Under the pieces are notes generated by a model, which did no database searches, had not been told where the DNA came from, and saw nothing but the letters and a program-made list of their open reading frames with translations. A program made the position numbers and the translations under genes. Source: Bacilli bacterium (GTDB lineage Bacteria > Bacillota_I > Bacilli_A > RFN20 > CAG-826). From it: DNA of 64,000 nt. Positions 62,954-64,000 of the stretch are shown here, piece after piece (the stretch's first letter is position 1; every line of letters begins with the position of its first letter). The stretch covers positions 21,833 to 85,832 of the forward strand of contig JAGBLE010000010.1 in NCBI GenBank assembly GCA_017635565.1, read 5' to 3'.

Positions 62954-64000
62954 ATGAAATACGATAAGTTTTTTGAACTTGCTAAAAAAGCAGGAATTGA
63001 AGATTGCGAATTAAATATTAATCAATCAACTTCATTAGAATTTTCACTCTTCCATGGAGAAATTGATAATTATTCTTCAAACTCATCTTCTACCTATCTT
63101 GCACGCGGAATTTATAAAGGAAAATTAGGTGCTATTACTTCTGATGTCTTCACAAAAGATTCACCAGAACAATTTGTCAACGCCATTGTTAGTAACGCAT
63201 CTGTCATTGAAAATGATGATCCTGTATTTATTTTTAAAGGAAGCGAAAAATACCACAAAATTAATACTTTTAATCGCGAATTGTCGAAAATTCCAGTCGA
63301 AGATAAGCTTAATAAACTATTTGAATTAGAAAAGAAAATTAAAGAAGGCGATCCAAGAATTATTGAAATTGAAACAGTCGGATATGAAGAATCGAGTTCT
63401 ACTTTGACAATTCTAAAAAGTAATGGCCTTAAATTAACTCAAAAGAATAATGACTTTGCTTATTATGGAGGAGCCGTTGCTAAAGAAGGAGAGCAAGTTA
63501 AAACTGGATTTGATTTCTTCTTCTCAAATGATTTTTCGAAATTCGATGTCGACAAATTAGCAAAATCAATCGTTAAAGAAACAACGAGTAAACTCGGCGG
63601 ACATCAATGTGAGTCTGCAACCTACAAAGCCGTATTATCACAAGATGTTATGAGAGCGTTTATCTTAGCCTATATTGGTAGCGCAGTTGCAGAAGATATA
63701 CAAAAGAAATCTTCATTATTTGTTGATAAATTAAATCAAAAAGTGGCGTCTAAAAAAGTCACTATTTCAGATAATCCACTTTCTAAAACAATCTTTGCAA
63801 GAGGTTTTGATGGAGAAGGCGTTGCCACTCGCAATATGGTAATCATCAAAAACGGAATCCTTCAAAATTATCTTTATAACTTAACAACCGCTGCCAAAGA
63901 AGGAATTGAATCTAATGGTCATGGAACCGTTGGAGGCGGAAGTAGAGTTGGAACTACTACCTGGTATCTCGAAATGAAAGCTGGCAAAAAAACTTTGGAA
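62954..64000 (+). CDS. pmbA: PmbA/TldE family protein (partner of TldD), 3' end beyond the window
   Basis: Not in the ORF track because it is open-ended. My translation from the ATG at 62954 gives 349 codons with no stop (MKYDKFFELAKKAGIEDCELNINQSTSLEFSLFHGEIDNY ... GFDGEGVATRNMVIIKNGILQNYLYNLTTAAKEG...). It starts 2 nt after the tldD stop. Confidence 0.85.
   Translation, partial: MKYDKFFELAKKAGIEDCELNINQSTSLEFSLFHGEIDNYSSNSSSTYLARGIYKGKLGAITSDVFTKDSPEQFVNAIVSNASVIENDDPVFIFKGSEKYHKINTFNRELSKIPVEDKLNKLFELEKKIKEGDPRIIEIETVGYEESSSTLTILKSNGLKLTQKNNDFAYYGGAVAKEGEQVKTGFDFFFSNDFSKFDVDKLAKSIVKETTSKLGGHQCESATYKAVLSQDVMRAFILAYIGSAVAEDIQKKSSLFVDKLNQKVASKKVTISDNPLSKTIFARGFDGEGVATRNMVIIKNGILQNYLYNLTTAAKEGIESNGHGTVGGGSRVGTTTWYLEMKAGKKTLE

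Noticed and set aside
1-64000. Search for CRISPR arrays, prophage or integrase genes, toxin-antitoxin pairs, restriction-modification or other defence islands, rRNA genes and UGA-to-Trp recoding
   Set aside because: No spaced direct-repeat array was seen. No integrase, terminase or capsid-like ORF and no methyltransferase or nuclease pair was seen. All long ORFs stay open under the standard code, so recoding is not needed. The lone NERD protein is not enough to call a defence system.

Overview
AT-rich DNA (about 30% GC by eye, not computed) from a bacterial chromosome that reads in the standard code. All long ORFs are intact, so there is no sign of UGA recoding. Classical lipoboxes, an lgt gene and a GT4 glycosyltransferase suggest a low-GC Firmicutes or Mollicutes-type, probably host-associated organism, but lineage cannot be proven from this window. 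I call 46 protein genes (41 on the minus strand) and a partial tRNA-Ala(CGC) at the left edge. No rRNA, CRISPR array, prophage or intact mobile element is present; there is only a short IS3-family remnant. About two thirds of the window (219-43216) is a single same-strand carbohydrate-utilisation supercluster. Its core is an 18-gene, 26-kb tightly packed operon (26579 to 219). That operon encodes a lipoprotein solute-binding protein, two MalFG-type permeases and three surface proteins. It then encodes cytoplasmic enzymes: GH36, a heparinase II/III-like protein, a GH63-like protein, NagA, a TIM-barrel/NagB fusion, several dehydrogenases and an enolase-superfamily enzyme. Upstream blocks add two more large surface proteins, a CE15-like esterase, an ADP-ribosylglycohydrolase-like protein, a divergent AraC regulator, a GH2-like enzyme and SGNH esterases. 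They also add a MalK-type ATPase with a large coiled-coil insertion and two tandem Cys-rich Gfo/Idh/MocA paralogs. The most unusual element is a paralogous family of three secreted proteins. Together they carry five copies of a short beta-solenoid module anchored by a G-T-L-D-G-R-G-H motif. One of these genes is flanked by an (AAG)6 microsatellite, a decayed copy of its own 5' end and the IS remnant. The right third (47.9-64 kb) is mostly housekeeping: ROK glucokinase, lgt, a CPBP protease, a large Fe-S flavoprotein, a NERD protein, a membrane-tethered XRE regulator, gdhA, a guanine-deaminase-like protein, GT4 and tldD/pmbA. All family assignments come from motif reading by eye. No database search was run.
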